A DNA stretch of 59,652 bases, filler included. It is 4 parts of 4 records of this genome, joined end to end, with 100 filler letters (N's around TTAATTAATTAA, not from the genome) between each part and the next. Parts side by side here need not be neighbours in the genome. Positions count along the whole stretch, not along the records: positions 47,989 to 59,652 come from SRR22947727_1949; 3 more parts are not named here. The stretch is one strand, 5' to 3'. The position numbers and the translations under genes are program-made. Shown here piece after piece: positions 49,450-58,365 of this stretch (position 1 is its first letter; each line of letters begins with the position of its first letter). The notes beneath the pieces were generated by a model that was given only the letters and a program-made list of their open reading frames with translations, searched no databases and had not been told where the DNA came from.

Positions 49450-49975
49450 GATTCAGTACTCCGATTTCGCGTTCCAAACATTCCGCTAACATTTTCCGAA
49501 TCCGACTGAGAAGACGATACGCAGCGCTTTCCGTTCGGTCGGCGCGCTCTGCGATTTCAGCGACCTCGCAGTCTTCGTAGTAGCGCCAGACAATTGCCTG
49601 CCGATGCGGTTTCGAGAGTTTTCGGAGACAATTCTGAAGCGCCTCGCCACGAACATCGAGTTCGTCACCGCGGCGATCAATCTCAGCCGCAACGGCTTCG
49701 ATAAATTCCTGATTTACAGGAGAAGTTGCGCGCGTCTTTTCTTTTCGGCGGTAGTTCAAAATCAAACCCAGCGCGATTTTTTTGCCCCACGCTTTAAAAT
49801 TCGTTCCCTGCTCGAAATCCGAAAATTTCCGCCACATCACGATTTTGGCCTCCTGAAGGATGTCCTCGGCATCTTCGCGTCGATTTACCAAAGAATGCAC
49901 ATAAGCGGTCACATCTCGCTCGTATTGAGCCAGTAACCGTAAATAGGCTTCAGTCTGTACCGTGGGGATCTCCAT
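49442..49975 (-). CDS. ECF RNA polymerase sigma factor (Planctomycete/Verrucomicrobia type)
   Basis: DAEDILQE..IVMWRKF...GTNFKAW, and region 4 with YRLLSRIRKMLAECL. Confidence 0.92.
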   Translation of the reverse strand: MEIPTVQTEAYLRLLAQYERDVTAYVHSLVNRREDAEDILQEAKIVMWRKFSDFEQGTNFKAWGKKIALGLILNYRRKEKTRATSPVNQEFIEAVAAEIDRRGDELDVRGEALQNCLRKLSKPHRQAIVWRYYEDCEVAEIAERADRTESAAYRLLSRIRKMLAECLEREIGVLNHE

Positions 49976-50094
49976 TCAATACTAGCTTAAGGTTGTCACC
50001 GGAATTTTTTGGACATCTTTTTTTCAGATTCTTTTCGGTGAGCGAATCGTAGAGGTGTTTCGAAACTATTTTGAACCAGAGGGTTTATTCCGTC

Positions 50095-51456
50095 ATGATC
50101 AAGAGACTTACGTTGATGACGATTACGTTTGCGATTGCCGCCTCTGCTTTCGGGCAAGGCCCGCGCGCCAAAGGAAAGGGAGGTCCGCTTTCGATCGAAG
50201 GACAGGAGCTTCCGGAATTGACCGCATTCGACGAAAGCGGAAAAGAAGTGGCTCTGAAACAAGTTCTGAAAGGGCGGTATGGGGTGATTGTCTTTGGCTG
50301 CCTAACATGACCACCATTCATGCGAAACGTCCCCAGTTTGGAGACGGTCTATCAGGATTATAAAAACAAAGACGTGGCGTTTTTCTATGTTTATAAAGCG
50401 CTGGCTCACCCAGGGAAATCCGGTTTGGTCCAACCCTTGACTTTAGATGAGCGGTTGGCTCATGTTGCAAAAGCGAAGACTCAGCTGGGGACAAAAATTC
50501 CGTGGTTGGCGGATTCAATGACGAACGATTTGAAGCATGCGCTTGGGGAGCGAAACAACTCCGAGATGATTATTTCTCCAGACGGAAAAATCGTGATTGC
50601 TCGGAGTTGGAGTGATCCAGCGGTGCTTCGGACGGATCTTGCAGGTTTGGTCGGCAAATCGGCGAACACGACGACCATCGCCGATCTCGACGTCAAAACG
50701 GAGTCGACGCGTCGTCCCGAAAAAGTGGCCACTGGCGTTGTGAAACTGATCCCGCGGAAGCAGGAAGCAGCGGTTCTGTCAGTCAAACCGATCGAGGTCA
50801 AGAGCGGTGAAGAGCCGCAACCGCTGTATGTTAAGCTCCGCGCGGAAGTCGATTCAGCTTCTTTGCGAAGTGGAAAAGGGGAGCTTTACCTTGGCTTTTT
50901 TATCGATCCGATTCATCGGGTTCACTGGAATAATTTGGCTCCGACGTTGACTTTTGAAATCAAAACTCCCGATGGCGTGACGTTGAGTAAAACCGCGGGT
51001 GAAGCACCCAAGCCTGAGGACGTTGATGCCGATGCGGATCCGCGAGAGTTTCTGGTCGATTATGATTTCGGTGGCTCTGATTCACCGGGTCCGCTCGAAG
51101 TTACCGTCAAATACTTTGCCTGCGATGACGATGACAAATGGTGCAGCGCCGCGACTCAGAAGTTTACCGTCGCTTGGACTGTGAATCGGGATGCCGGTAA
51201 AGTTTCGAAAGAACGACCGTCTGGTGGCGGTGGCTCAGGGGGAATGCGAACTTCGGGTCAGAAAGGAAAAGGGAAGGGCCAGATGATGTCTTCTGCGGAT
51301 ATGATGAAGCGTTTAGATGCCAACGCGGATGGCAAAATTGTCGAGTCCGAAGCACGGGGTCCGGTCCAGCGAAACTTTGCGCGATTTGATGCGAATGAAG
51401 ATGGCGCAGTCGATGCCGCCGAACTCAAAGCGGGGATGGAACAAATGCGGAGGTAG
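50095..51456 (+). CDS. Predicted secreted selenoprotein (453 aa, Sec72 at TGA 50308-50310): deiodinase-like thioredoxin fold + DsbD-N-like domain + EF-hands
   Basis: ORFs 50071-50310 and 50320-51456 share a frame and are joined by TGA-CCA-CCA-TTC. This reads VIVFGCLT-U-PPF...FFYVYKALAHP...LADSMTN, compared with deiodinase FGSCTUPPF...YIEEAH...DTMxN. Signal peptide, YFACDDDDKWC, and two DxNxDGxxxxxE loops. Confidence 0.8.
50328..50346 (+). promoter_or_regulatory. Candidate bacterial SECIS element
   Basis: CGUC-C-CCA-[GUU]-UGG-A-GACG hairpin. The apical loop begins with GU and there are 25 nt between UGA and the loop. Confidence 0.6.
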
Positions 51457-51506
51457 CGAAATTTTGGGAGGAGCAGCCTTTGAACGCTGCTCACTCACGC
51501 ATGCGG

Positions 51507-52466
51507 TTACACGACGCGATTTTCTTTCTCACCATTCAGAAAGGCGCGCAAATTAGAGGCAACGCCTTCAATTAGGCGGACGCGGGATTCGATCGAACTC
51601 CAGGCAGTGTGCGGCGTGATGAGCAGATTTGGGAGGCGTTCCAACAGCGGGTGACCCGCCGCTGGTGGCTCGGCTGAAAGGACATCGAGACCCGCACCGG
51701 CGATTTCTCCAGCTTTCAGCGCGGCCAACAGATCGGGTTCATTGACAAGGTCGCCCCGACCAGTGTTGATCAAAATCGCAGAGCTTTTCATCTGCGAAAG
51801 CGTTTCTGAATTGATGAGATGGTGGGTGTCATCCGTCAGCGGGCAGTGCAGCGAAATGACATCAGCCTCGGCAAAAAACGCTGCGCGCTCGAGTCGTGCG
51901 CGGTCCCCTGAACTACCTGCTCCATCGCGAGCCAGTCCGATCACGCGCATTCCAAAGGCTTCCGCCACATCGGCGACCGCTCCACCGATCGAGCCCAATC
52001 CTGCAATACCCAGTGTTTTTCCGGCGAGTTCTGACACCGGAAAATCCAATCGCGTGAAATGCGGCGACGCAGCCCATTTTTCTGGTTCAGCAGCGAAGCG
52101 ATGCACATTCGTCATCAAATTTAGAATCAGCGTGAACGTATGTTGAACCACTCCCGGCGTCGAATAACCGCTGACATTGCAAACTGCGATGCCACGCGAT
52201 TTTGCCGCCTCGAGGTCGACATTGTTCACACCAGTTGCGACGACCTGAATCAGTTTCAAATTCGGCGCGGCATCCATCGCATCGCCATTGATCACAACTT
52301 TGTTCGTCATGACAATTTCAGCATCCGCGATGCGATCATTCACCTCGTTGGGCGAAGTGATGGGAAAAGTCAAAAATTCACCCGACGCTTCGATTTCAGA
52401 AAAGTCGATGTCGTCGGCATCGGTGGTGTCGCGGTCGAGAAAAACGATTTTAGGAGGAGTGTTCAC
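51507..52466 (-). CDS. D-2-hydroxyacid dehydrogenase (glycerate dehydrogenase/hydroxypyruvate reductase-like)
   Basis: ATGVNNVD, GIAGLGSIG, SLHCPLT, INTGRG, LDVLSAEP and ITPHTAW. Confidence 0.92.
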   Translation of the reverse strand: MNTPPKIVFLDRDTTDADDIDFSEIEASGEFLTFPITSPNEVNDRIADAEIVMTNKVVINGDAMDAAPNLKLIQVVATGVNNVDLEAAKSRGIAVCNVSGYSTPGVVQHTFTLILNLMTNVHRFAAEPEKWAASPHFTRLDFPVSELAGKTLGIAGLGSIGGAVADVAEAFGMRVIGLARDGAGSSGDRARLERAAFFAEADVISLHCPLTDDTHHLINSETLSQMKSSAILINTGRGDLVNEPDLLAALKAGEIAGAGLDVLSAEPPAAGHPLLERLPNLLITPHTAWSSIESRVRLIEGVASNLRAFLNGEKENRVV

Positions 52467-52519
52467 TCTGGGATTTTCGGTAAAGGGGCAGGGGATGAGA
52501 GGATTAGTTGAATCGGATT

Positions 52520-53302
52520 TTACCCACGCAAATTCATATACCCACCGTCAATCTCATAAGACTGGCCGGTGATAAAGCTGGCGTCGTCGCTGCACAAATA
52601 GAGCGCGAGTTTTCCAATTTCTGCTGGCTGAGCCATCCGGCCAATTGGCTGGGCTTCGCTGAGCTTTTGGAACATCTCCTCTTTGTTGTCAGGATAGGTT
52701 TTCTCCAAATATCCATCGACAAACGGCGTGTGAACCCGCGCTGGGCAAATACAGTTGCAGCGGATGTTGTCTTTGATGAAATCGGCCGCGACGGAAAAAG
52801 TCATCGTGTGAACGGCGCCTTTGCTGGTCGAATAAGCAAAGCGATCGGGCAAGCCGGCGACGGATGCGACGCTGGACATGTTGAGAACAACGCCGCCGCC
52901 CCGATTGATAAGCAGCGGAACAACTTGGTGAAGCATGTTGTAAACGCCTTTGACGTTCACGTTCATGATACGATCAAAATCTTCTGGCTCGGTGGAAACG
53001 ACGGTTCCGATGTGAGCGATACCGGCGTTGTTTACCAAAATATCGTAGCCGTCATGAGTGATCGAAGCTGATGCGATGGCGGCTTTCACTGATTTTTCGT
53101 CCGAAACGTCGCATTGAATGAAGCACGCTTTTCCGCCCGATTCGTTGATCGCGGCGGCGGCTTCCTTTCCAGAGACTTCATCAAAATCGAAGATGATCAC
53201 GCGGGCTCCTGCCTCAGCGAAAGTTTCGGCAATGGCCCGTCCGATGCCTTTTCCGGCTCCGGTGACGATGGCTGTTTTGTTTTCGAGTTGTGGTGCTGAC
53301 AT
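52520..53302 (-). CDS. SDR family oxidoreductase (keto-deoxy-sugar-acid dehydrogenase-like)
   Basis: TGAGKGIG, NNAGIAHIG, RFAYSTSKG and CPARVHTPFV. Confidence 0.9.
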   Translation of the reverse strand: MSAPQLENKTAIVTGAGKGIGRAIAETFAEAGARVIIFDFDEVSGKEAAAAINESGGKACFIQCDVSDEKSVKAAIASASITHDGYDILVNNAGIAHIGTVVSTEPEDFDRIMNVNVKGVYNMLHQVVPLLINRGGGVVLNMSSVASVAGLPDRFAYSTSKGAVHTMTFSVAADFIKDNIRCNCICPARVHTPFVDGYLEKTYPDNKEEMFQKLSEAQPIGRMAQPAEIGKLALYLCSDDASFITGQSYEIDGGYMNLRG

Positions 53303-53311
53303 TGGTTTTGA

Positions 53312-54823
53312 TCAGTTTGAGCGTTTCGCGGATTTTTTCAAGCACCAGAAGCAGACTGATTCGACCGCGAAAAGGGTAGCGAATGTGCCCCAGCAAATCC
53401 AGGAAAGCCATGGGATCCGCCACAAAGTTGCGTGCGCGAAGGGGAGTGATTCCTCGCTGTGAAAGTCGAGGTAATTGATCGGAAGCAATGCGCCGAGGAT
53501 CAGCCAACTTGGTTTTGGAAAGACACAAACGAAAGGCAGGACCCACGCAAAATACCAGGGGAACGCGGTGGGGCTTAGGATGAAAAGCGATCCGACGACG
53601 ATGCCAGCTTTTTGGGCGAGGTGAGTTTTGTCGCGAGTAGGGATGAGCGTCAGGATTCCAACGACAGCGATCAGCAGAATCGCGGAGAGAATTTTCGCGG
53701 ATGGAAAAGGGAGTAGATTTCGAAAGATCGCGAAAAGCCCCGCGTTGTATTCCCAGTGAGCATTGTAGGTTTTTAGGCCGGAGAAAACGTGCTCGGGTCC
53801 CGCGTTGTTCCAGAGAAAATGGGGGGTGAATCCGACCGCGACCAGCGCACAAAAAATCGCGACAGGAACGACGAATCGGAAAAAGTGTCGCCCGTTTTTC
53901 TTGAAAGGACTTTCCACTAAAAGAATGGGGACCAGCAGAATCGAAAAGAATTTGGACAACGTGCCTGCCGCGAGGGCTGCTGCCGAAGTGATCTGGGATT
54001 TTGATTTTACGGCGAGATAAACTGCTAAAACCGTGAAGAAAATCGGGACGGAATCGTAGTGCGCGGAGTTGGCGAATTCCTTCATGACGAGCGGATTCCA
54101 CGCGTAGAAAATCACGCCGAATGAATTTCGGCCGAGGGCTTTCAGGATTCCGACAACACAAAAAATTACGCCAACATCAAAAAGGATGAGGATGAATTTC
54201 AAACCAGCCAATGAATCCCCGAACAGCGCATGACTTGTCCAGAAAACGGCTTGAGCAACCGGCGGGTAAATCGTGGTGACCACTTTGTGGCTGACACGCT
54301 CGAACAGCACTGGGTTTTCATCTCGAAGCGCCGCAAGTTTTTGTAATGTCAGGATTTCTTCGGCGGAAAAATCGCGCCCCCGCCACGTCACGCCGGTGTG
54401 AGAATCGATGTAAGGAATTACAATTCCATTTTCCCAAATTTCCAGCGCGCCCGGCTCGAAAAGAAACGGATTGATCCCCGCTTTCGCGACTTTGCCATCC
54501 CACTGATAGCGATAGAAATCGCTTTCGTGGATCGGAGTGGAGGGGATGAGGATGATGCGAAACAGAATCGCAAAACCGATGATTAAGCGAAGCTGGAATC
54601 GGGAGAGTGCGGACTTTTTCCAAAGCCCAAACGCTGTGCCGGCCATGATTGCAAACAGCGCGAAGTGGATGGTGAGATAGATTCCAGTGGGCATGGAATC
54701 GTTGGATCGCTCATACGCAAAGCGATTTGAAACAATCGCCAGTCCGATCAGAATTACAGCATAAACCAAGCCTCCAAAACAGAGGTGGTGAGTTGATTTC
54801 TGCGGTGATAGTTGATTTTCCAA
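53312..54823 (-). CDS. GT-C fold membrane glycosyltransferase (GT87/DUF2029-like)
   Basis: SDFYRYQWDG, TIYPP, YAWNPL..KEFANSAHYD and SPTAFPWY, with multiple TM segments. Confidence 0.8.
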   Translation of the reverse strand: MENQLSPQKSTHHLCFGGLVYAVILIGLAIVSNRFAYERSNDSMPTGIYLTIHFALFAIMAGTAFGLWKKSALSRFQLRLIIGFAILFRIILIPSTPIHESDFYRYQWDGKVAKAGINPFLFEPGALEIWENGIVIPYIDSHTGVTWRGRDFSAEEILTLQKLAALRDENPVLFERVSHKVVTTIYPPVAQAVFWTSHALFGDSLAGLKFILILFDVGVIFCVVGILKALGRNSFGVIFYAWNPLVMKEFANSAHYDSVPIFFTVLAVYLAVKSKSQITSAAALAAGTLSKFFSILLVPILLVESPFKKNGRHFFRFVVPVAIFCALVAVGFTPHFLWNNAGPEHVFSGLKTYNAHWEYNAGLFAIFRNLLPFPSAKILSAILLIAVVGILTLIPTRDKTHLAQKAGIVVGSLFILSPTAFPWYFAWVLPFVCVFPKPSWLILGALLPINYLDFHSEESLPFAHATLWRIPWLSWICWGTFATLFAVESVCFWCLKKSAKRSN

Positions 54824-54946
54824 GGAGCTAAAGCGTGACAGGATTCGCCAGAATCTCCCCTTTGAAACCCAATTGTCGAGTTTTACAAAACTCCCCCAAA
54901 ATTATACTTCCCACTTTTGCCGTGCTCAGCGAGTATCTTCTTACAC

Positions 54947-55978
54947 ATGATTATATTTGGAGTTATCTCAGGAGCCGTTCTCTGGTTTGTCATTCGGTGC
55001 GTTCTCACCGGATTTTACACTGTCGAACAAAATGAACGCGCTGTGGTCACCAGTTTTGGTAGGGCCCAGCGCATTAAAGGAAAATCGACGCTGGAATTGC
55101 CCATGGCTGAACATCTCAGTGATGAACACAAGAGCCGTTACAATTACCCGCAGCTTCGGGTGATGCAGCCCGGCGGTCCTTACGTCAAAATGCCCTGGCA
55201 GAAAGTCCACAAGGTGAATATCGCGATTGAAACTGCCAGTGTCGCCTTTGATCCCGAAAATCGATACGCTAACAACGAAGGAACTATTTTGGAGGCGGTC
55301 ACGAAAGATCAGCTGAACATCGGGGTGACGGGCCAGATGCGTTACAAAGTGAGCGAGGAAAATCTCTACGCGTATCTTTTCGGGGTGAAACATCCGATTG
55401 CTCACATCATGGGCTATTTCGTTTCGATTCTGCGCGAGCGGATCGCGAATTTCGATGCCCCTGAAAAAAGCACACTCATTCCAATCGATTCTTTGCCTGA
55501 CGAGATTGCCGAAATTCTCCCGGGAGCGGGCGATGGGGAATCGTCTGAAACCATTGAAGGGGTCTCCGTCAACGATTTGCGGAAGAACCTAAACGATTTA
55601 AACGAGCAGATGACGACGGAATGTCTCAGCTCGGCTGCGCGTTACGGCATCGAACTTGACGCTTCGCTCATTACGGGGATCGATCCGCCACAGGACATTG
55701 AATCGGCGCTTGCGGCAATTAATACGGCTCACAACGAAGTGAGTGCTGACATCAGTTTGGCGAAAGCTGAGGCTGATCAGAAAATCGAGCAGTCCAAGCG
55801 GGCCGTTGAGATTCAGACGATGCGAGTCCAGGCGGAAGTCGAGCCACTCGAGCGCGTTGCGGCCGAGCTGACGGCTCTCAAATCGAACGGAGGATCGGCC
55901 TCGCTTGCCGGATATCTCAAAAACGTGCGGCTGCAGTTATTCCGTAAAGCCAAAAAAGTCATTCACGCAGAGAGCTGA
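54947..55978 (+). CDS. SPFH/band-7 domain protein
   Basis: N-terminal TM, GFYTVEQNERAVVTSFG and a C-terminal AEAD coiled region. Confidence 0.88.
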   Translation: MIIFGVISGAVLWFVIRCVLTGFYTVEQNERAVVTSFGRAQRIKGKSTLELPMAEHLSDEHKSRYNYPQLRVMQPGGPYVKMPWQKVHKVNIAIETASVAFDPENRYANNEGTILEAVTKDQLNIGVTGQMRYKVSEENLYAYLFGVKHPIAHIMGYFVSILRERIANFDAPEKSTLIPIDSLPDEIAEILPGAGDGESSETIEGVSVNDLRKNLNDLNEQMTTECLSSAARYGIELDASLITGIDPPQDIESALAAINTAHNEVSADISLAKAEADQKIEQSKRAVEIQTMRVQAEVEPLERVAAELTALKSNGGSASLAGYLKNVRLQLFRKAKKVIHAES

Positions 55979-56024
55979 TCGTCTGCATTTCAATTTTCTA
56001 ATTTTCCTAACACCACACACTATT

Positions 56025-56957
56025 ATGGAACAGTTTTTTATCGCCCTCGCGGCCACTTTTATCGGATTGCTCATCGGCATCCCTATCATTCTTGGACTTT
56101 TTAAATTCGGCCTCTGGTTCACAACCGTGGACGAATCCCACTCGAAGGTTTTCGTCCTTTTCGGAAAAGTAATCGGCGTTGTAAGCGAGCCCGGCTTGCA
56201 CTTTCTGCCGATTAAGATCGGTCTTAAAGTCATTTTGGTCCGCTTTTTCGGAAAGGTCTACACGCTCGACACCCGAATGGATCAGCGTTATTTGCGAAGC
56301 CGTGCGGTGAACTCGGAAGAGGGAACCCCGGTTGGAATCGGTGTCTGGTATGAAATGCGCGTTAGCGATCCCGTCGCTTACCTTTTCGAAAACACCGACC
56401 CTGAAGGTTCACTTCGGGCCAACGTGACCAATACGACCGTTCGTTGTCTCAGCAATATGCCGCTCGACGACATGATGCGGGACCGACACCGAATGAGCCG
56501 CGAAGTTCGCTCGGAAGTGTCACCCAAATCTGAGAGCTGGGGATACTCGCTCGGTTCGGTTTACATTCGAAAAGTCCATTTCCGCGATGATCACATGATC
56601 GAGCAGATCGAGCAGAAGGTCGTCAACCGTCTCCGCCAGGTGACCTCGTTGATTCGTCAGGCCGGTGAAAACCAGGTCGATATCATCAAATCGAGAGCAG
56701 AACGCGAAGCGGCAATTGAGTTCGCGAAAGCGCATGCGGTCCGCCCACGGCTTGTTGGTAAGGCGCTCGGTGAAATTGGCAAAGACGAAGAAGTCGTCGA
56801 GACGCTTTTCAAAGTGCTTGAAGCTCAGGAGATTTTGTCAGGAAATGCTGATATTGTTCTGCTTCCGGCAGGCGGCAATAATGAAGTCCTGCAGGCTCTA
56901 GCGGCTCATGAAACTGGCGGGAACGGACCGAATATTCCTCCGTTGCGGAGATCGTAG
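56025..56957 (+). CDS. SPFH/band-7 domain protein
   Basis: N-terminal TM, VLFGKV...EPGLHF, MRVSDPVAY and WGYSLGSVYIRKV. Confidence 0.88.
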   Translation: MEQFFIALAATFIGLLIGIPIILGLFKFGLWFTTVDESHSKVFVLFGKVIGVVSEPGLHFLPIKIGLKVILVRFFGKVYTLDTRMDQRYLRSRAVNSEEGTPVGIGVWYEMRVSDPVAYLFENTDPEGSLRANVTNTTVRCLSNMPLDDMMRDRHRMSREVRSEVSPKSESWGYSLGSVYIRKVHFRDDHMIEQIEQKVVNRLRQVTSLIRQAGENQVDIIKSRAEREAAIEFAKAHAVRPRLVGKALGEIGKDEEVVETLFKVLEAQEILSGNADIVLLPAGGNNEVLQALAAHETGGNGPNIPPLRRS

Positions 56958-57027
56958 GTGGATAATTTTGCGAAGTTTAAGAATTCTCGTTACTCCTTTT
57001 GGGGGTAGCGGGATTTTTTTGCCCTTT

Positions 57028-57645
57028 TCACTCCCGCTCCAAAACAATCCGCACTGGTGCAAACGTCCGGCGGTGAAGCTCGCACGCGCCATGTTCATCC
57101 AAGGCTGCGAGGTGAATCTTGGTGCCGTAGCCTTTGTGCTTTTCGAAAACGTATTCAGGAAATTGCTTCGCGTATTCTAGCATCATGCGGTCGCGAGTGA
57201 CTTTTGCTATGATACTTGCCGCTGCGATGGAGAGGCTTTTTGAATCGCCTTTGATGATGCCGTCGTGAGGCTTCGGAAAACCTTTGATCGGCTTTCCGTC
57301 GATTAGCGCGATATCCGCCTCGATGGTAAGTCCTTCAAAAGCGAGGCGCATCGCTTTCCACGTGGCTTGGAGAATGTTGATTTCATCGATCTCCGGCGCG
57401 TGAATTATCCCGGCAGCCCAGATGATCTTTGAATCCGGCGCGGTGATTTCTTCGTAAATTAATTCGCGTTTTTTCTCGGAGAGTTGTTTGGAATCGTTTA
57501 GGAATGAATGTCGAAATCGAGGAGGCAAAATCACGGCTCCCGCCACGACCGGGCCGGCGAGGGGACCGCGGCCAGCTTCGTCGATGCCGGCGATGACTTT
57601 ATACCCGCGTCGGCGAGCTTTGCGTTCGTAGCTGAGATCCGGCAT
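57028..57645 (-). CDS. rnhB: Ribonuclease HII
   Basis: AGIDEAGRGPLAGPV, DSKQL, KGD, IAAASIIAKVTRD and HKGYGT. Start set at MPDLSYE. Confidence 0.96.
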   Translation of the reverse strand: MPDLSYERKARRRGYKVIAGIDEAGRGPLAGPVVAGAVILPPRFRHSFLNDSKQLSEKKRELIYEEITAPDSKIIWAAGIIHAPEIDEINILQATWKAMRLAFEGLTIEADIALIDGKPIKGFPKPHDGIIKGDSKSLSIAAASIIAKVTRDRMMLEYAKQFPEYVFEKHKGYGTKIHLAALDEHGACELHRRTFAPVRIVLERE

Positions 57646-57653
57646 CGGTCGAA

Positions 57654-58349
57654 TTAGCGTGGCATTGGAATTCCCAAATTTCCCGCGTTCACTTTGCGGA
57701 CGCCCGTGGCTTTCAAATCGTCGAAATGCCACCACTCGCTTTTGATGATCCGAAATCCTGCATTTCGCATAGCTTTCTGTAATCGTTCTACATTGGCTTT
57801 CACCTCCGGATCTCCTCCAACGTAGTTCGAGGCCGCTTTTCTGGAAAATTCATCAAACTTTGACGGCATCTTTAACGGCGCTCCATTCGCTTTTACCAAG
57901 GTCAAATCAACAGCGATTCCGTAACAGTGAAGGGAGAGGCCTTTTGACGGGGGAACCACGTATTTTGGATCACGAACCGCATCCCACAGCGCTTGATGCG
58001 CCTCGGGTGGCCGCCATGCATCCCACACTTTAATAGCGTAACCCTGTTTTTTCAGCTCTCGCTGTGCCTTATTCAGTTTTACTGCGGTGGACTTGTTCAC
58101 CAGACAAATCATGTCTTTCAAATAGAGCGGCTTTCCACTGGCCGAATTGATCGTGTATCGCAAATCGACAAACGATCCCGGCACCGCTGTCGTCATTTCG
58201 ACCAAATTATAGCGCTTTGCCTTCTGAACCACTGCACGTTGCGCCTTATTCGGGCTGAAACGCCCGTGCGCCGTGCTAAAAATCAACAATGTGCAGAAAA
58301 TGATTACAGGAAGAAAGATCGGAAATCGGCGTCGGATGATTCGGCTCAT
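57654..58349 (-). CDS. D-alanyl-D-alanine dipeptidase (peptidase M15D, VanX/DdpX-like) with signal peptide
   Basis: WDAWRP, SLHCYGIAVDLT (SxHxxGxAxD) and EWWHF. Confidence 0.9.
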   Translation of the reverse strand: MSRIIRRRFPIFLPVIIFCTLLIFSTAHGRFSPNKAQRAVVQKAKRYNLVEMTTAVPGSFVDLRYTINSASGKPLYLKDMICLVNKSTAVKLNKAQRELKKQGYAIKVWDAWRPPEAHQALWDAVRDPKYVVPPSKGLSLHCYGIAVDLTLVKANGAPLKMPSKFDEFSRKAASNYVGGDPEVKANVERLQKAMRNAGFRIIKSEWWHFDDLKATGVRKVNAGNLGIPMPR

Positions 58350-58365
58350 TTAACTTTCAGATTTT

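Noticed and set aside
53214-54161. 315-aa alternative-frame ORF
   Set aside because: Arg/Ser-rich off-frame overlap within the GT-C glycosyltransferase.
57654-58349. VanX-like gene as a vancomycin-resistance determinant
   Set aside because: No vanH/vanA/vanRS nearby. It has a signal peptide and sits among housekeeping genes, consistent with ordinary peptidoglycan turnover.
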